DNA from: Azolla caroliniana
Taxonomy: Eukaryota > Plantae > Polypodiophyta
Length of the DNA stretch: 64,000 bases
Direction: 5' to 3'
NCBI GenBank assembly: GCA_043228905.1
Contig: JBHGNT010000003.1
Coordinates: 3,348,001 to 3,412,000, forward strand
Translations under genes and position numbers: made by a program
The notes under the pieces: model-generated
What the model was told of the DNA's origin: nothing
What the model saw: only the letters and a program-made list of their open reading frames with translations
The model's database searches: none
Shown here: positions 35,038-50,000 of the stretch, one piece after another
How positions within the stretch are numbered: the first letter of the stretch is position 1
Layout: each line of letters starts with the position of its first letter

Positions 35038-38000
35038 TGTTAGGAAACAGATCCCTTCAGATGGGAAGAGAAGAGCCGAGTTGATGAGGAACTTGGCCGA
35101 GGCCGAAACCAAAATCGTGTAGACAACCAACTCAGAAGACTATACTTGTAAATAGTCTAAATATGCCCTTATGGGCTACACTTGTAAATAACCCAAAAGG
35201 TGTACTAGTATATAAGTACTTAGGGCAATCATAATGTAATAATGAATGTTATTGTTGTTGAAAAGTTACTACGAAGGTTGTTGCCTCTGTAACTGTGTAA
35301 AATGGTGTAACTGTAAAAGAGCGAGAGAGAGTGAGAGTAACTTTGTATCCATCTGTTGACGAAGCAGAAACCCGAGGTCGTTACCTCAGAGTTTCTAGTT
35401 GTACTCCTCCCTACTTTCATTATAGTGATTCTGTTTCTTGGGGTTTGTGAACCCCCATGGTTTTTCCCATTTCGGGTTTCCACGCTAAAATTGTGTGTCT
35501 CGGTCTCTTGTGCTTTTCTGTCTTTGTATACTGTTTGAGCATTGTCCATTACAGTGTTTTGCACCCGAATGAACAGCTAGTTGTGGCCGATCATGATTCT
35601 TGACAAAGTGGTATCAGAACGATGGAAGACTTGTTTGGCAGCATGTTTAAGTTAACCGACTCCAACTATTCAGTGTGGAAGTCGAAGATGAGAGACATGC
35701 TCGTGCGCAAAGTTATCTAGTTGCCGGTGCAGTTCGGAGACAAAAGGCCAGACAAGATTAACGCAGCGACTTGGGAAGTGCTCCATCTGAAGGCAACCGC
35801 ATACATAAGATGTTTTATAGACATGAGTCTATACAACAACTTCGGCAAAGAAACAGAAGCAAATGTCCTGTGGAAGAAGATTGCCGTGATGTTTGAAAAC
35901 AAGAACGTCGTGAACAGAGTCTCAGTTTTCAGAAAAATCATGAGACTTCGGTATTAGGATGGCTCCAGCATGGCAGAGCACATCAATACCTTCCAAGGAC
36001 TAATGAACCAAACCACCTCTCTAGAAGTACCTCTTGCCGATGAGGTGTTTGCACTATTCTTGCTTGGATCCCTTCCGGACAGTTGGGAAACATTGGTTGT
36101 CACATTGGGCAATGCAAGACCGGAAGGGAAGCATCTATCCCTAGAGCAGGTGAAGTCGAGCTTACTTAATGAAGAAGTTCACCGGAAGGACCGAGAGTCC
36201 AATACCGACCTAAAGGCCCGCATCACACAAGGTGATATGGATCGAGGAAGGAGCCGAAATCGAAGTCCCAAGAACCGAGATAAGTCGAGGACAAGGTCGA
36301 AGTCGAGAGGAAGGCCCATGTGCTTCTATTGCGGGAAGCTGGGGCACTTTCAAAAGAATTGCCGACATTTCCGAAAGGAAAAAGGGGGAGCCGATGGTGT
36401 GTAGCCAAACAGGATTTCGGAAAGCAAGAACACCTCGGCTATCGCGACAAGTGAAGAGGAGTTGCTGCTCATCAGTGAGTAGAACAAAGTGAACCTTGTC
36501 GGCGATGAATCAACATGGGTGGTCGATTCGGGTGCGTCGTTTCACCTAACCCCCGACTAGAAATGCTTCTCATCTTACAGAGCCGAAGATCTCGGATCCA
36601 TAAAGATGGGAAATGAAGGAGCATGCCGAATCGTCGGCATTGGAGACATGTGTTTGGTGACCTCAACTGGTTGCAGACTCCTGCTGAGAGATGTTTGACA
36701 CATTCCAGAAGTTTGATTGAACTTGATATCAGCCGTTAGGCTAGACGATGAAGGCTACACGGGTAGCATTCGGAACGGCATCATGAAGTTCTACAAGGGG
36801 AGCCTGATCATGGCTCAAGAACGGAAAACCAACACACTGTACGTAATGAATGATCGATTACGTCGTGGGGAAGTGAATGTGGTAGCCGAAATGGTCGGTG
36901 AACTGTGGCACAGGAGATTATGCCACATGAGCCAAAAGGGGATGCGGAAGCTTGCCGAGGATAACCTCATTTCGGAGGTAAAGAACGTGCAACTGGAGAA
37001 GTGCACGGATTGCCTGGCTAGTAAGAAGAATTGAACATCCTTTCGAACAAGGCCCCCTATGAGGAAGAAAATGTCATTGGAACTCGTGCATATGGATGTA
37101 TGCTACGTGGACACTAAGTTGCAAAGAGGGTCACAGTACTCCGTGACCTTCATTGACGACTATAGCCGGAAGTTGTGGGCTTCCATGCTAAAGACAAAGG
37201 ATCAACTGTTATCCGTCTTCAAAGAGTTCCAAGCAAGGGCCGAGAGAGAAACCGGTCGTAAGTTGAAGGCAGTCCGAGCGGACAATGGCGGAGAGTACCG
37301 CAGACCGTTCGAAGAATATTGCCGAAAAGAAGGAATCAGGCTCGATTATACTGTGCCCAAGTCGCCAGAGCTTAGTGGGTTGACCAAGAGAATGAACTGG
37401 ACCATAATGGAGAGTCTGAAGCATGCTTGCACATGCGAAGCTACCGAAAACATTCTAGGCTGAGGCAGTGATGACGACAGCGTACGTAATAAACCGATCA
37501 CCCTCAGTTCCCTTGGACGGCGATATCCCACAAAGGGTGTGGAATGGCAAAGACATGCCGTGCCGACACTTGAGGGTGTTTGGTTTTCTGGCCTACGTGC
37601 ATGTTGCAAAGGATCAAAGGGGGAAACTAGACCCGAAATCTCAGCCGTGCATATTTCTCGGTTACGGCGATGATGAGTTCGGCTATCGGCGATGGAACTT
37701 AGCCAAGAAGAAGGTGATTAGGAGCCGAGACATTGTCTTCATGGAAGAGAAGAAAATGATTGATTAGGAGAACGAGGAGAAGTCTCCAACCACCAAATCA
37801 CGCCGAGTCGATGCTCGGTTGGATCGTGTAGATGACAGTTCGATCGAAATCGAACCTGTACCAGTCGATCGATCTAATACTCGGAAAAATCAAGAAACGA
37901 CTGATGATCAAGGGGAGTCGGCCAAACTAGGAACCGAAATCGATTCGAATGAAGAGGTTGAAGACGAACTATCCATACCGAACGCATGCCGAAGATACCC

Positions 38001-41000
38001 CCTTCAAGAGCGAAAAGCCCCCCGAAGATTTCTGGATGAAGAACGCATACTACTAACCGATGAGGGGGAGTTGGAAAGCTTCGAAGAAGCTAAGAAAGAT
38101 ACCCACAGTCAGGGGTGGTTATGTACCATACAAGAGGAGATGGATTCCTTGCATGAGAACCACACATACGAACTGACCAAGTTGCCGAAGGAGAAGAAGG
38201 CACTTCGAAATAAGTGGGTATGCAAGTTGAAACCGGGAGATGGCCGAAATCCACCCAAATACAAAAGCACGAATTGTCATAAAAGGGTTTCAACAGAAGA
38301 AGGGCGTGGATTTCGACGAAATATTTGCCCCGGTAGTGAAGATGACATCCATCCGAACCGTGTTGAGCGTTGCAGCCAGCATGGATCTCAAAGTCGAACA
38401 ATTGGATGTCAAGACGGCGTTTCTGCACGGAGATCTCGAAGAGGAGATATATATGCAGCAGCCAGAAGGATTCATAATGAAAGGTAAAGAAAACCTAGTA
38501 TGCCGATTGAGGAAGAGTCTGTACGGGTTGAAGTAGGCTCCACGGCAATGGTACCGAAAATTCAAATCCTTCATGACCAAAAACGGGTACCACAAAACGC
38601 AGGCCGATCATTGCGTATTTGTGAAGAAGTTTGATGGAGGAGATTTCCTCATCCTTTTGTTGTATGTAGACGACATGCTAATTGTCAGACAGGACCATAT
38701 GAAGATCCGAGCACTGAAGAAGGCCTTGAACAGGTCATTCTCGATGAAGGACATAAATGGATCAGAGATCTATCTAGCCTATGCATGTGTGTATGCTTAT
38801 GACTACACGCAAGGCATTCAATCCTATAAAATAAGATAATATGAAAATATGTGCGTTATAGTATATGCACAAGACAAGATAAATCAATTCACTCCAATTT
38901 GACATTCTAAGTGTATTAGAAATAGATGCATAAAAATGTAATTTCCTATCAACCCATATGAAAGTTTTAAATTTACAGAACGTACGAAAATTTGAAAAAA
39001 GGAGCTATGTCGAAATGTGAAAACAAAGTAATGGATTTTATCCTATTTCAAAAATGAGTTTCCTTTAGTTCATTGGTTTCTTTTGATTTGTTTTTACACT
39101 TAGTGTATAACACATCAAACATAGAAATCACACCCAAGAAGTTTGTGTGCTGCATAAACACAAATTAACACATGTTATAAAATAAAACATTTTTTATTTG
39201 ATTAGATTTGGCATCATGTTGGCTAAGGGGAGAAGTTAGTTCGCGGTTCCTACTATGTTGGAGATATGGAGGACATAAGGTTGTCCTTTATATTTTGAAT
39301 CTCTTGAAGGTCCGAAATATTTTCTTGAACTATAAAGAAGCAATGTATGGCATCCAAACATAAAGAGAAGCATAGTGCAAGCCAACATGCTATGCAAGAT
39401 ATGACAATCTTGTAGCCAAACCCTAGATTTAGGTGGAGATAGAGAGTTGACAGAAATAATATGAGACAACAAAAGTTGCAGTCAAAGAATGCAATGTTCC
39501 ATGAAGTATAATATGTGGGTTTCGATGTGGGTGTGGCCCATGGTCTTAATGTGAATTGTATCTTGACCATATATTCTATGCAAGGTAACTCATGTTCCCT
39601 TATCTTGTTAATTGCTTCTGTACGACAAGTGACTTTGAAGCCTAGTATTTGAGTGCGTTTGGTTGTTCTTCGATTTTCTGATTTATTGAGGAAGAGGTTG
39701 AGTGATGCAATTGTGTCCATGTTCATCGTTCCCCCTTGGCCGTCAAAAATTTCAATGGAAATGTATTGGTGAATATTAGAAAGGCTATGATTAACATGTT
39801 GTATCTTACTCTCTCTATGTTGTTTAACTCTAAGGTATACCTATGTAGTGTCTTTATATCCGAGGTATCCAATAGTTGGAAGAGAGTTCAACTATGTCTT
39901 CGTGTTTTTTCCTTAGCTTGACGTAAGTTTGACATTTGCATGTAAAATGATACTCATCCTCTATCTCTATGTGACATAATCTATACATCCTTTCCTCTTT
40001 CGGAACTCCATTAGCACGACCATTTTTAATCTCAAGTTGGTGGGATAATACTCAAAATGTCCAATGGCAACATATTTAGGTGTTTTGGTTGTATAATAAA
40101 ACATAACTCATCGAAATGCATGAAGCGTTCCTTATAATACAACATTTTAGATGGGTGTTGCTTTAATACGTTGATCCATTTATGTCATTTATGTTAATCC
40201 TGGGTATGCACATTGTTCGGGACAAAACAAAGAAATTGATATGGCTGTCACAAGAGAAATATGAGACAAAGGTGCTCTAGAGATTCGGCATGGAAGGCGC
40301 GAAACCGATCGGCTCAACATTGCCGACGAACTGCAAGTTAAGTAAAGATCAATGTCTGAAATTGAAAACCAAAAAGGCCGAGATGACAAAAGTCCCCTAT
40401 GCCTCGGCAGTTGGAAGCCTGATGTACGCAATGGTGTGTATCAGGCCGAACATTGGATACGCCGTCGGAGTGGTCAGCTGATATATGAGCAATCCCGAGA
40501 AAGAGCATTGGGTTGTCATGAAATGGATATTTTGGTACCTAAGAGGCACCTCCAGCATGTGTCTTCATTTCGGCTCAGGTAACACCACATTGGAAGATTA
40601 CATGGATTTGGACATGTCAGGTGATGCAAATACCAATCGATCCACGTCTGGATACGTAATGACGCATATAGGGGGAGTTGTCTCGTGGCAATTGAGGTTG
40701 CAGAAGGTCGTGGCGTTGTCGACCACGGAAGCCGAGTACATGGCCGCAGTAGAAGCCGGCAAGGAAATCGTATGGATGGAGTTTATTAGTGAGTTGAGAA
40801 TTCGACAGGAAGAATTCTGACTCTATTGCGATAATCAGAGTGTCATCCACCTTGCAAAAAATGTCGCCTACCACTCGAGGAAAAAGCACATCCTACGGAG
40901 GTATCATTGGCTCCGAGAGAGGGTAGAAGAAAGGGAGTTTGCTCTAGTGAAGGTCCACACAGCCGAAAATGGATCAGACATGCTGACAAAGGTGTTGTCA

Positions 41001-41560
41001 GCCGAAAACTTGGGCATGTGCCGACGGAGGATCAAATTGGTGCAGTACCCCATGCCGGAGTGAAGGGGGAGTTTGTTAGGAAACGGGTCCCTCCAGATGG
41101 GAAGAGAAGAGCCGAGTTGATGAGGAACTCGGCCAAGGCCGAAACCGAAATCGTGTAGACAACCAACTCAGAAGACTATACTTGTAAATAGTCTAAATAT
41201 GCCCTTATGGGCTACACTTGTAAATAACCCAAAAGGTGTACTAGTATATAAGTACTTAGGGCAATCATAATGCAATAATGAATGTTATTGTTGTTGAAAA
41301 GTTACTGCAAAGGTTGTTGCCTCTATATCCATCAGAGTTTCTAGTTGTACTCCTCCCTACTTCATTATTGTGATTCTATTTCTTGGGGTTTGTGGACCCC
41401 CATGGTTTTTCCCATTTCGGGTTTCCACGCTAAAATCATGTGTCTCGGTCTCTTGTGCTTTTCTATCTTTGTATACTGTTTGAGCACTGTCCATTACGTT
41501 GTTCTACACCCGAACACATCCGAACGAACAGCCGGTTGTGGCCGGTCACGATTCTTGACA
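35038..41560 (+). mobile_element. Full-length Ty1/copia element G (C-related) inserted in H integrase
   Basis: LTRs 35038-35605 and 41074-41560. TSD TTATG. PBS TGGTATCAGA at 35609, gag ATG at 35622. CFYCGKLGHFQKNC knuckle, DSGASFH, rve, YVDD, RNase H to ~41060. PPT GAAGGGGGAG. Confidence 0.95.
38750..40186. mobile_element. AT-rich non-autonomous TIR element inserted in G RT
   Basis: Perfect 15-bp inverted ends GACATAAATGGATCA (38750-38764 / 40172-40186). G RT reads FSMKD on the left and ILGMHI on the right. No clean TSD. Confidence 0.7.
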
Positions 41561-44526
41561 TTATGTGTACTATCGTGAATAGGGCCTCTGCCCAAAAGCC
41601 ATCCGACAGTCCGGAGTGTTGGAGCATGGAAACTATCCTTTCTTGAATTGTCTGATTCATTCGCTCGGCAATTCCATTCTGCTCCGGACTGTGGGGTGCC
41701 GTAAATTCACGTCTGATGCCGCGTTGTCGGCAAAATTTGACGAATTCCTCTTATTTGAACTCTCCCTCGTTATTGGCCCGAAAGCATTTCAGTTTTCAGC
41801 CAGATTGATTCTCCACCATAGCGAGCCAATCGGAGAAAATCGAGAACACTCGATCTTTAGTTTTGATCGAATAAGCCCACACCTTCTGAGTCAAGTCATC
41901 AATGAAGTTGAAAAAATACAAAGCACCGTCGAGAGACTGTTGTGGCATAGGACCACAGACATCCGAGTGGAGTAGATCGAGCGGACTCGATTCTCTCGGG
42001 GCGGATGACGGGTGTGTCACGACTGTCTGTTTACCGTATTGGCAATGCTCGCAGAATTGATGATCCGAAAAGGAGAGTTTGGGGATGTATCCGACTCTGG
42101 ATAAGTGCGTGATGTCAGCCTTGTTGAGGTGTCTAAGTCGTCCATGCCATAGTGATGACACGGGGATGTCCACCAAAAACAGGTCACCCTCTCTGAGTGT
42201 GACGTGAAAAGGATACAATGAATGTATCTTCGGTCCTCGAGCAAGCAGGAGGTTCCCCCTGTGGAGCGTCTACCCTCCTAATGAGAAGCAAGCACGAAGG
42301 TCATCTTCATCCAATTGTCCGACTGAGATCAATGGTCTTGAGAGCTCATGTACATGTCAGACATTGCATAGTACTAATGTAGAGCCACCCGTAAGATTTA
42401 GCTCTACCGTGCCGATTCCAATTATGTCACAATGTTGTGAATTTCCTACTCGAATTGAGTCAGAATGTCGGCCCATGTATTGTCAGAATTGGGATCGATG
42501 GGGAGTCACATGAAAGGATGCACCCGAGTCTAAGATCCATGTGCTCGATTCTTTAGTCGTAAGCAAAACTTCTGATCCGACTGGGTTCTCAATTTATAGT
42601 ATGTTCGGGTCGTTTGATAATACTTCAGCTGTAGAGCCGACATAGTTGATCTCCTCATGTCAGTCACTCTTCTGCTCGGCTCACTGAGCCTTATCATTTT
42701 TGTCCTTGAGTGCACAACAATTAGCTTTGATGTGTCCGGGTTTCTTGCAGTAGTTGTAGACTCGATTATCCCGAGACTTGCTCCAACTTTGCTGATTGTT
42801 CGGCTGCCATGAAGAACTTCTTACACGATTGTTCGATCGGTCAGTCGAACCTTGTACTACGTAAGCGTTGTTGGTTGCATCGTTGGCAAACGATTTTCTC
42901 CGAGTTGTTTCAGTCAAAATTGCACTCGTGACGTGACTAAGGAGTACTTGACGGCAGCTGTCGACGCATTGCACATGGTTGTAACGAAAGTTTCCAACGA
43001 AGGAGGGAGACTAGTCATGAGCAACATTGTTTTTAGTTCATCCTTGATAATCGTCCCCTGGGCTGCAATTTGGGAGCTTAAGCTTTCGTACTCGTTCAAA
43101 TGTGTCTGGATCGAGTCGAACTCTTTCATCCGAAGGTTATAAAGGCGCCGAATCAGGTATATCTTGGTGGCGGCAACCTTCTTTTCGTAAATGTTCAAAA
43201 GTGTCTTCCATAGTTGGAAGGTTGTCGAACACGATTGCACCGTGAAGTGCACAGACTCCAATAGGTGCATCCGAATGGTGGCTCGGACGATTCTATCGAG
43301 ATTTTCCCATTCAAGCAGCTTGTATCCTTCTAGAGGGTCTTCATTCTCAATGGGGTCAATTTGCCCCTTGACTATTAAATAGTCCTGCATCTGCTCCTTC
43401 TAGAAGTTGAAGTTCGATCCGTCGAACTTCCTTGGACTCATCTCTGACGAGTCGGATGTTGATGCCATCTATGTTGGTTTAATAGGCTTTGTCCGGAATC
43501 AACTATGAATTGTGGTGGAGTGAAGCAGTCAGGCTCACTCGATGTCGTTCTAGCTGGAGTTGGACACAAGTCCTATCGGTTTTGAATATAGATGAATCTT
43601 GTTCGGAGTGACTACAGTCAACTAACTTAGTCGAATTGAACCTAGATTTGATTGTTCGATTTCTTTTCTTTTCGAGATTTCCCAACACTGATTATGTGTG
43701 ATTCTCCAGGCCATGGTCCTCCCGAATGTTGTTCAGCCGAATGAAACACAGATTGGGGTTGGCCCTGGAGTCGTGTTTGCTTCAAGTGGTTGCGGTGAGT
43801 GAGGGGATAGCGTCAGATGACCTATTTTATTTCCACCTAACTGAGTGAGTCATAGGTGTGGCCTGATCAAGAGAAGGGTCTCACTCCGAGCGACAACAAT
43901 CACAAAGTTGAAGTACAGTTGATTGACTTACTTCAAGAGTGATTTCAAAGAGTGGAGTGCAAACTTTCAATTGTCTCTCTTCGTCAAATGTGATTTCAGG
44001 AGGAGTTGCCAATCAAGATCTTCAAGGTGTGCAAGAGAAGGGTTGCCGATGGAGGTTAGATAGATGGCGGCAGCAAGATCAAACAAAACCATGCTCTGAT
44101 ACCAGATGTTGGGGACACCGTCATCTAATGGGGAACAAGATCAACACTCTTCTAGGATAAGATCGTAAATGGATGCAAGATCATTTCTTTGATGGCAACA
44201 AAGGCAAAGAAAACAACTAGTACACATGAGAGAGAGAAACAGTTAGGCACAATGTCAAAATTATATTACAACTTAAGACAACCACACTAACTAGATTACA
44301 AAGTCAGTTTATATACTGACTGACTTGGGGCAACTGCCCTTCTCACTATTTATATAAAATAGCCTAAGCCTAGTGTGTACAAAGGAGACCGTGTGAATAT
44401 GTCCATTAGAAGCCCGTATTCAACACAAACAACACAGATAACAAGAGAAGTATATTTGTGCAAGGTAGGTAAGAAGCAAGATGCACACAGTTGAAGCTCA
44501 AATGGAAAACGTAGATTATTCTCTCT

Positions 44527-44586
<60 letters not shown>

Positions 44587-47070
44587 AACCTCTCAATTGA
44601 GCTTATATACTCAAGCCCTAACTGGGGAACGTGCTCACACCAAGTACACAAGAGTTGGGTGGGGTCAAGCCTTTTATGCCAACAACAAAAAACTAGCATT
44701 TAATTTAAAATTGTGACTCTTTCTTCAACATTTTATTACCAAATGGGAATAAACTTCAACCATGTTGACATGTATTTGCACGTAGACCATATTCTCTCAC
44801 AACTTGGGGTGAGAAATAATGACATACATTTAGCATCATAATAATTGTTGATAACTTAAATTTTAGTTATTGCGAAGATTAAATGGTTGTTTCTCCATTG
44901 TACACATGTGTATATTTAGATATCAATGTTGCATATTGCCATTTAAATAACTACTAAAGTTTATAGATGTTTGTTTTTTCCACAGTAATGAAATGATATT
45001 CACGAGGACAATGTATTATTTCAATTTTCCATTATTTGTGGAAGGGTACATATAAGTCTCTCAAACATAAACATTTTTTGTGAGGCTAAACACGAGATAA
45101 TGTTACATGATCTACTAGCTCACATTAAGTCTAGACAAAAGACATTATCAAATATGTAAGTCATAAACAAGGCATCACAAATCATTATCACATTATATAG
45201 TAGATGGATGTGTTAAAGATTATTTAAATCTTACATAGTTATTGTTCAACAAGATTTGAAAACCTATATGTGGCCATGAAGGTCTTTTGCATGTATTCGA
45301 ATAATAAGTCAAACATAAAGAAGAAACCATTTCTAATTGTCTACAACAATTATGAATTGCTTAGATTAGGATGGTGAAAAATAAGTCATATTTGTTGCTC
45401 ACTTTCACCAATGTTTTGTAATGATCCTATAGCTAATCACTTGTAATAAACATGATTAACTTAGCCAATACTTCCAAGTTATTTTGGAGAACATAAGGTA
45501 TGTAGGCTAGATTCAATTGGAGGCTAAAAAATGCCATTACTTTTGATTCAAAAGTTGCATTGAAGAAATATGTTTTAAGGTTAAAAGGATTCTTGTGGCA
45601 ATTCTCATTGTTGGAAAAATCAAGGAATCTTTTACATCAAGAGTGGCAATTATGTAAGGTGGCAAGTCATCATTTTTATCATCTAAATTGGTATGTAGCT
45701 TGGAAGTGAATTCTTAGTATTTGGATCCAAGATAAATCCAAAGTTCATTGTAAGTCTATGCAAGATGGATCCAAAGTCTATTGTAAGTTAGACATGGTGG
45801 TGTTTTTTGTTTCATGATGAAAGTTATTCACAACAGAGAAAAGGGACATTGTTTGAGCATTAGCATGTTATATCATCAATGTTGTTATATTGAGGATTGA
45901 AAACAAAGGTCAAACATCATCTATTGGCAATATGAAGGTACATGATATGAATGGCTCATACAATCTTGCCAACTAAGAAAATAAGTGTTCTATTGCATAA
46001 TTGCAGATTAAACCCCCTTGTTCTATTTATGGATAACGAATTGGGCATAAACTTATTCAAGCCTTAACTATGAATGAACATTTTATGGGGGCCGAATGAG
46101 GGAACTATTGCAATTTCCTCTTAGAATATGTCACACAAAAACCAGAACCTTCATATAATTTCGGTCTTGGTTCATCACGAAAAGAATCATCAATATACCA
46201 ACCATAAGTCAACAACAAACCCCAAGAATATGTGAGAGATATGTACTAAACTACTACCAATTTATCAACAACCTACTAAGATCTGTCTAGCCTCAACTAA
46301 AATAAAAGAATATGGTGAGTGCTTTTGTAAGATGCCTGAATGAAAATTTTGGTGGAGAACCACTTTAAAACAATACATATTCTTCTAGTATGGCATAATT
46401 AGTGTCACCAAAACACCAAAGAATTTCTGGGCTCAATGATAATTTTCACATGTAATCCAGCGATCCAATTCAGGAGTAATCATGAATTATTGGATTCACT
46501 CTTGGAACCATTTTGCATTACACCAAAGTTCTCATTGGGTGACACTTTGGGGATCGTGAAACACACATTCCAAGCTTTCTATGTTGGCCGACATTTTGTA
46601 TGACCTAGACGCTTGTACAGCAGATTATATTGCAGATATTCACCTTCCCTAGGTTAGTTTCCTTCTCATAATGTAAGAAGTCTCTAAAAAAACATATTTT
46701 TGTTATCTTAACGAGTACAATTGTATAGAAATGGCATAACTAACCCATATAATGCCCCATTATGAGAACTAGCTTTTGACGCAATAATCTTAAATCAACT
46801 GCATTACCATATATGAACAGCAATATTATCACAATGTATACGCTCTGCCATGGTCATTAAAAAAAATTTGGCGGTATGTAAGTTCAAGTCCTTGGACAGC
46901 GAAAGGGCTTGAAATTGAACAAAAGAATAGATGACCATGATTTCTCCTGTCATAAGCTAAGAAATATTAGTGGATGGTAAAATCGCTCATTTGCCTCAAC
47001 TAGTTAAATACAATCCTTCTATAATGATGCAAGGGAAAAGAAAGATCCACTACCATTCACAACTTTAAAA

Positions 47071-50000
47071 TCAATTGTTGGTAATATTGTTTCTGCCTCC
47101 TACATAGGAAAGGCGAGAAATGAGAGGAGCTTCTTCGTCCACTACCGGAGGAGCTGGGCTCAATGCCCCCACCTCTATTGACCCATCAGTATAATTTTCT
47201 GAAGATTTTTTCTCTAGCTTCCGCTCCTGTTAGACAGAGAGATAAACAAGATATTACATGCAAAAGCACAATGTGAAAGCATTTCCTTTGTACGTTAAAG
47301 CCTAAATTTCTCTAAAACTCAAATAAGGTTGTGGGTTTGAGCCTTCACCCTAAATCCTAAACTTCCTCACAAACTTCCGTCTGAGTTCATGCATTCTAGT
47401 TTGCTCCTTTAAAAATGGCTTTACAGCTTTGACATTTTCACAGTACATAGTGAAAATGGTAGCATCACCCTTTTTAATGGAAACGCAAAATGCCCATAAC
47501 ATCTTAGTCCAGATTACATGTTAGTAGATTTAATATCTAGAATCATAAAAGGTTTCATGTTTAAAATCACTTATATTAGGTCTCAAAGCATGGGTGTTAT
47601 TTATTTTTTAACCTTGTGATTTTTAAAGAGCATTTTCCCTAGAGATTGGAATTTATAAAGGTTTACTAATTTTCATTTATGCTAATATTATCTTAGTGGG
47701 ATATGATCCAAAGATCCAACAGCACACTTGATCTTATTATATTATCATCAGAGCACACAGTATGATTTACCTTCAGAAGAGCCTTTAACTTCTCAGGAAT
47801 TGCGTCAACTGAGGGCTGGCTGTTAGCACGGGATTCTCTCATTTTGAGGTAGTTATATGTCACCACTCCAGACAACGCTGCATCATAGATCACCAAAGAA
47901 AGAGAAGAATAGGAAAAACTCATTAGCAGTTCTATGCTCTTTTGAATACACTCAGCAATAAGAGGGATTCATTTACCTATGGCATAGCCTATTATATTTA
48001 GACCTGTTAGCTTAGACTCTGGAAATAATAGTGTTGATAAAGCAATCAATATCCAATCTTTCAACACACCAGCTACTCTCACAGTTATGGCACCAGTTCT
48101 TCCGATGACCAAAAACACTGATATATTCAAGGCAAGTGCACATAGTGCATTGCTAAAAAAGATCCAAAAATTGAATGTAATCTGTTGGGTTTCCATCTCT
48201 GGCTTCTCGAGTATAAACCATGGCACAAATAGAAACAAGAAGCTGTTGTGGAACAAAAGATAAATGAGCATCTACTGCTGAATCTTCAGTGTAAATATAA
48301 GTATTAATTTCTCTCTCTCGCTCGCTCGCTCTAGTCATTACATTACTGCAGAATCATACATATAATGCACGTCTATGGTGTGTGCAAACTGGCATACACA
48401 TAATTATAATGTCACTCTGGAATGAGAAAAAAGCAAGTCCACCTCCAAAACATAAGAGAATGAATGATTCTTCTTTTTTTTGAACTTAGAAGAGTGATCC
48501 TATCTACCTGATCCTAAGAATATGACTCCATTAGGTTCAGAATGAATACCAAAACTGACTAAAACACAGGCACAGTATGAATATTTTTGCAATTAAGTTA
48601 TAATTTTCTTTTTAAAACAGCATATCATCTAAATATTTGATTATTACGCTGGATGAAGACTCAAGATGAAGCAAGCCAAATCAGCATTTGTTTTTAGGCA
48701 TTGTGTTTTATTATGTTTCTTCAGTCATGCTTAAATTATGCTCAATGTTGTAATTTTCTCATTTTGCTTCCTCTAATCATGTTTTCTGTACTCTTTTTGC
48801 AGGACTTTCTCATTCTCTAAACACCATTCTTGTTATAGATATAATCATATAAATTTTCTGAAGCCAGCATTTACGAATATATGATATATCTGGGTTTCTA
48901 AATCCCACCATGTGGACATTATTCCTTTTCACAACTCCTACATATGCCCAAGCATCATGATTAAAAGTGTCATGCTGGCTAGTACTCAGATCTCCAAACA
49001 GAGCATGGGTGGTAGATTGAGGGTACTTAACCTCAATCTCCTACACGCATATACAAAATTGCATGGTTAACATGCCATATGTTCATCCCTTAGGCTATTG
49101 GCATAATCAATGTTGGGTAGATTATGTGATATATCACACTAGCCCATTTCAAACCTCACAGGGTTATGGATTCCAAGAAATAGACCCTCACTTTTTGGCA
49201 ACTTGGAATCAAGTTTCATTGCAAGGGCATTCTCATCCATCCTTAAATAATTTCATTAGAACCACGCTCATGACATCAGACATTTTTTAGGTATCCTATA
49301 AACGCTGTCCTCTTTGATGATGTTAAAATACTTTCCTTTTGGGTTTCATATATTCCTCCAAAATCTCACTTGGAGACAATTACGTCAGTCTTATTTCTCA
49401 AATATTGAGATAAATAAATACCTGCAAGGAGCAATATAGTACAAACTGGTGATGGGATTCAATGTAAGACCCTTTTTCTGTAGCAAAACTTGAGTTAGCA
49501 CTAATCGAAGAGCTTCAGCAAGGATGCCCGTGACTTGGTATGCAGTGCCAGTTACATTGAAATGTATTTCTCCAAAAGAGGAAATGGCCACACCAGAGCT
49601 CACAAGCAACATATTCATGAATAGATCACACCTAGCTTTGTCCGTTCCACATAAAACAGCCATCAGGAAGGTTGCAACAGGCACTACAATACACATGAAT
49701 GTCAATAGGTTAGGATTCAAGAACAAAACTACAACTTTGTCTCATCAAGGCACATGAGGGTTCAGAATCTTACTTAAAGCCTTTAGCATTTGGATGAATG
49801 CTACTGAAATATAAAGATACGCGGTGTTACCAAACCTGAGATTATGACAACAAAACAGTGGATAAATTAGGCGGGAATAATAAGAGCACCTTTAAACACG
49901 ACCAGCATAAAATGCAATGCTACTATGGAGGAGAGTCCCATATAAACAGTTCTTGTTAATAAATGATATTACAGGTGGGAATGAGGTAGAAAACCACAAA

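Larger units (their letters stand above)
32140..44425 (-). mobile_element. Full-length Ty1/copia element H inserted in the F LTR
   Basis: LTRs 32140-32464 and 44107-44425. TSD CAAAT/CAAAC. PBS-Met 44093-44104; PPT ~32465-32473. gag ~43467-42700, PR ILDSGASFHVTP ~42530, integrase 42218-41566 and 35032-34700, RT/RNase H 34490-32684. Confidence 0.93.
30825..44684 (-). mobile_element. Ty1/copia element F, 5' part (outermost host of the nest): split 5' LTR 44684-44431 plus 32139-32072, PBS, gag
   Basis: PBS-Met-like at 32058-32069. gag KFNGKNFALWKE.. runs from ~31960 to 30825. The LTR start TGTTGGCATAAAAGG is shared with the E LTR. (CT)n lies at ~44531-44584. Confidence 0.8.

Noticed and set aside
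44700-46900. Possible gene or TE between the nest and the translocator
   Set aside because: AT-rich with no ORF or terminal structure that I could support.
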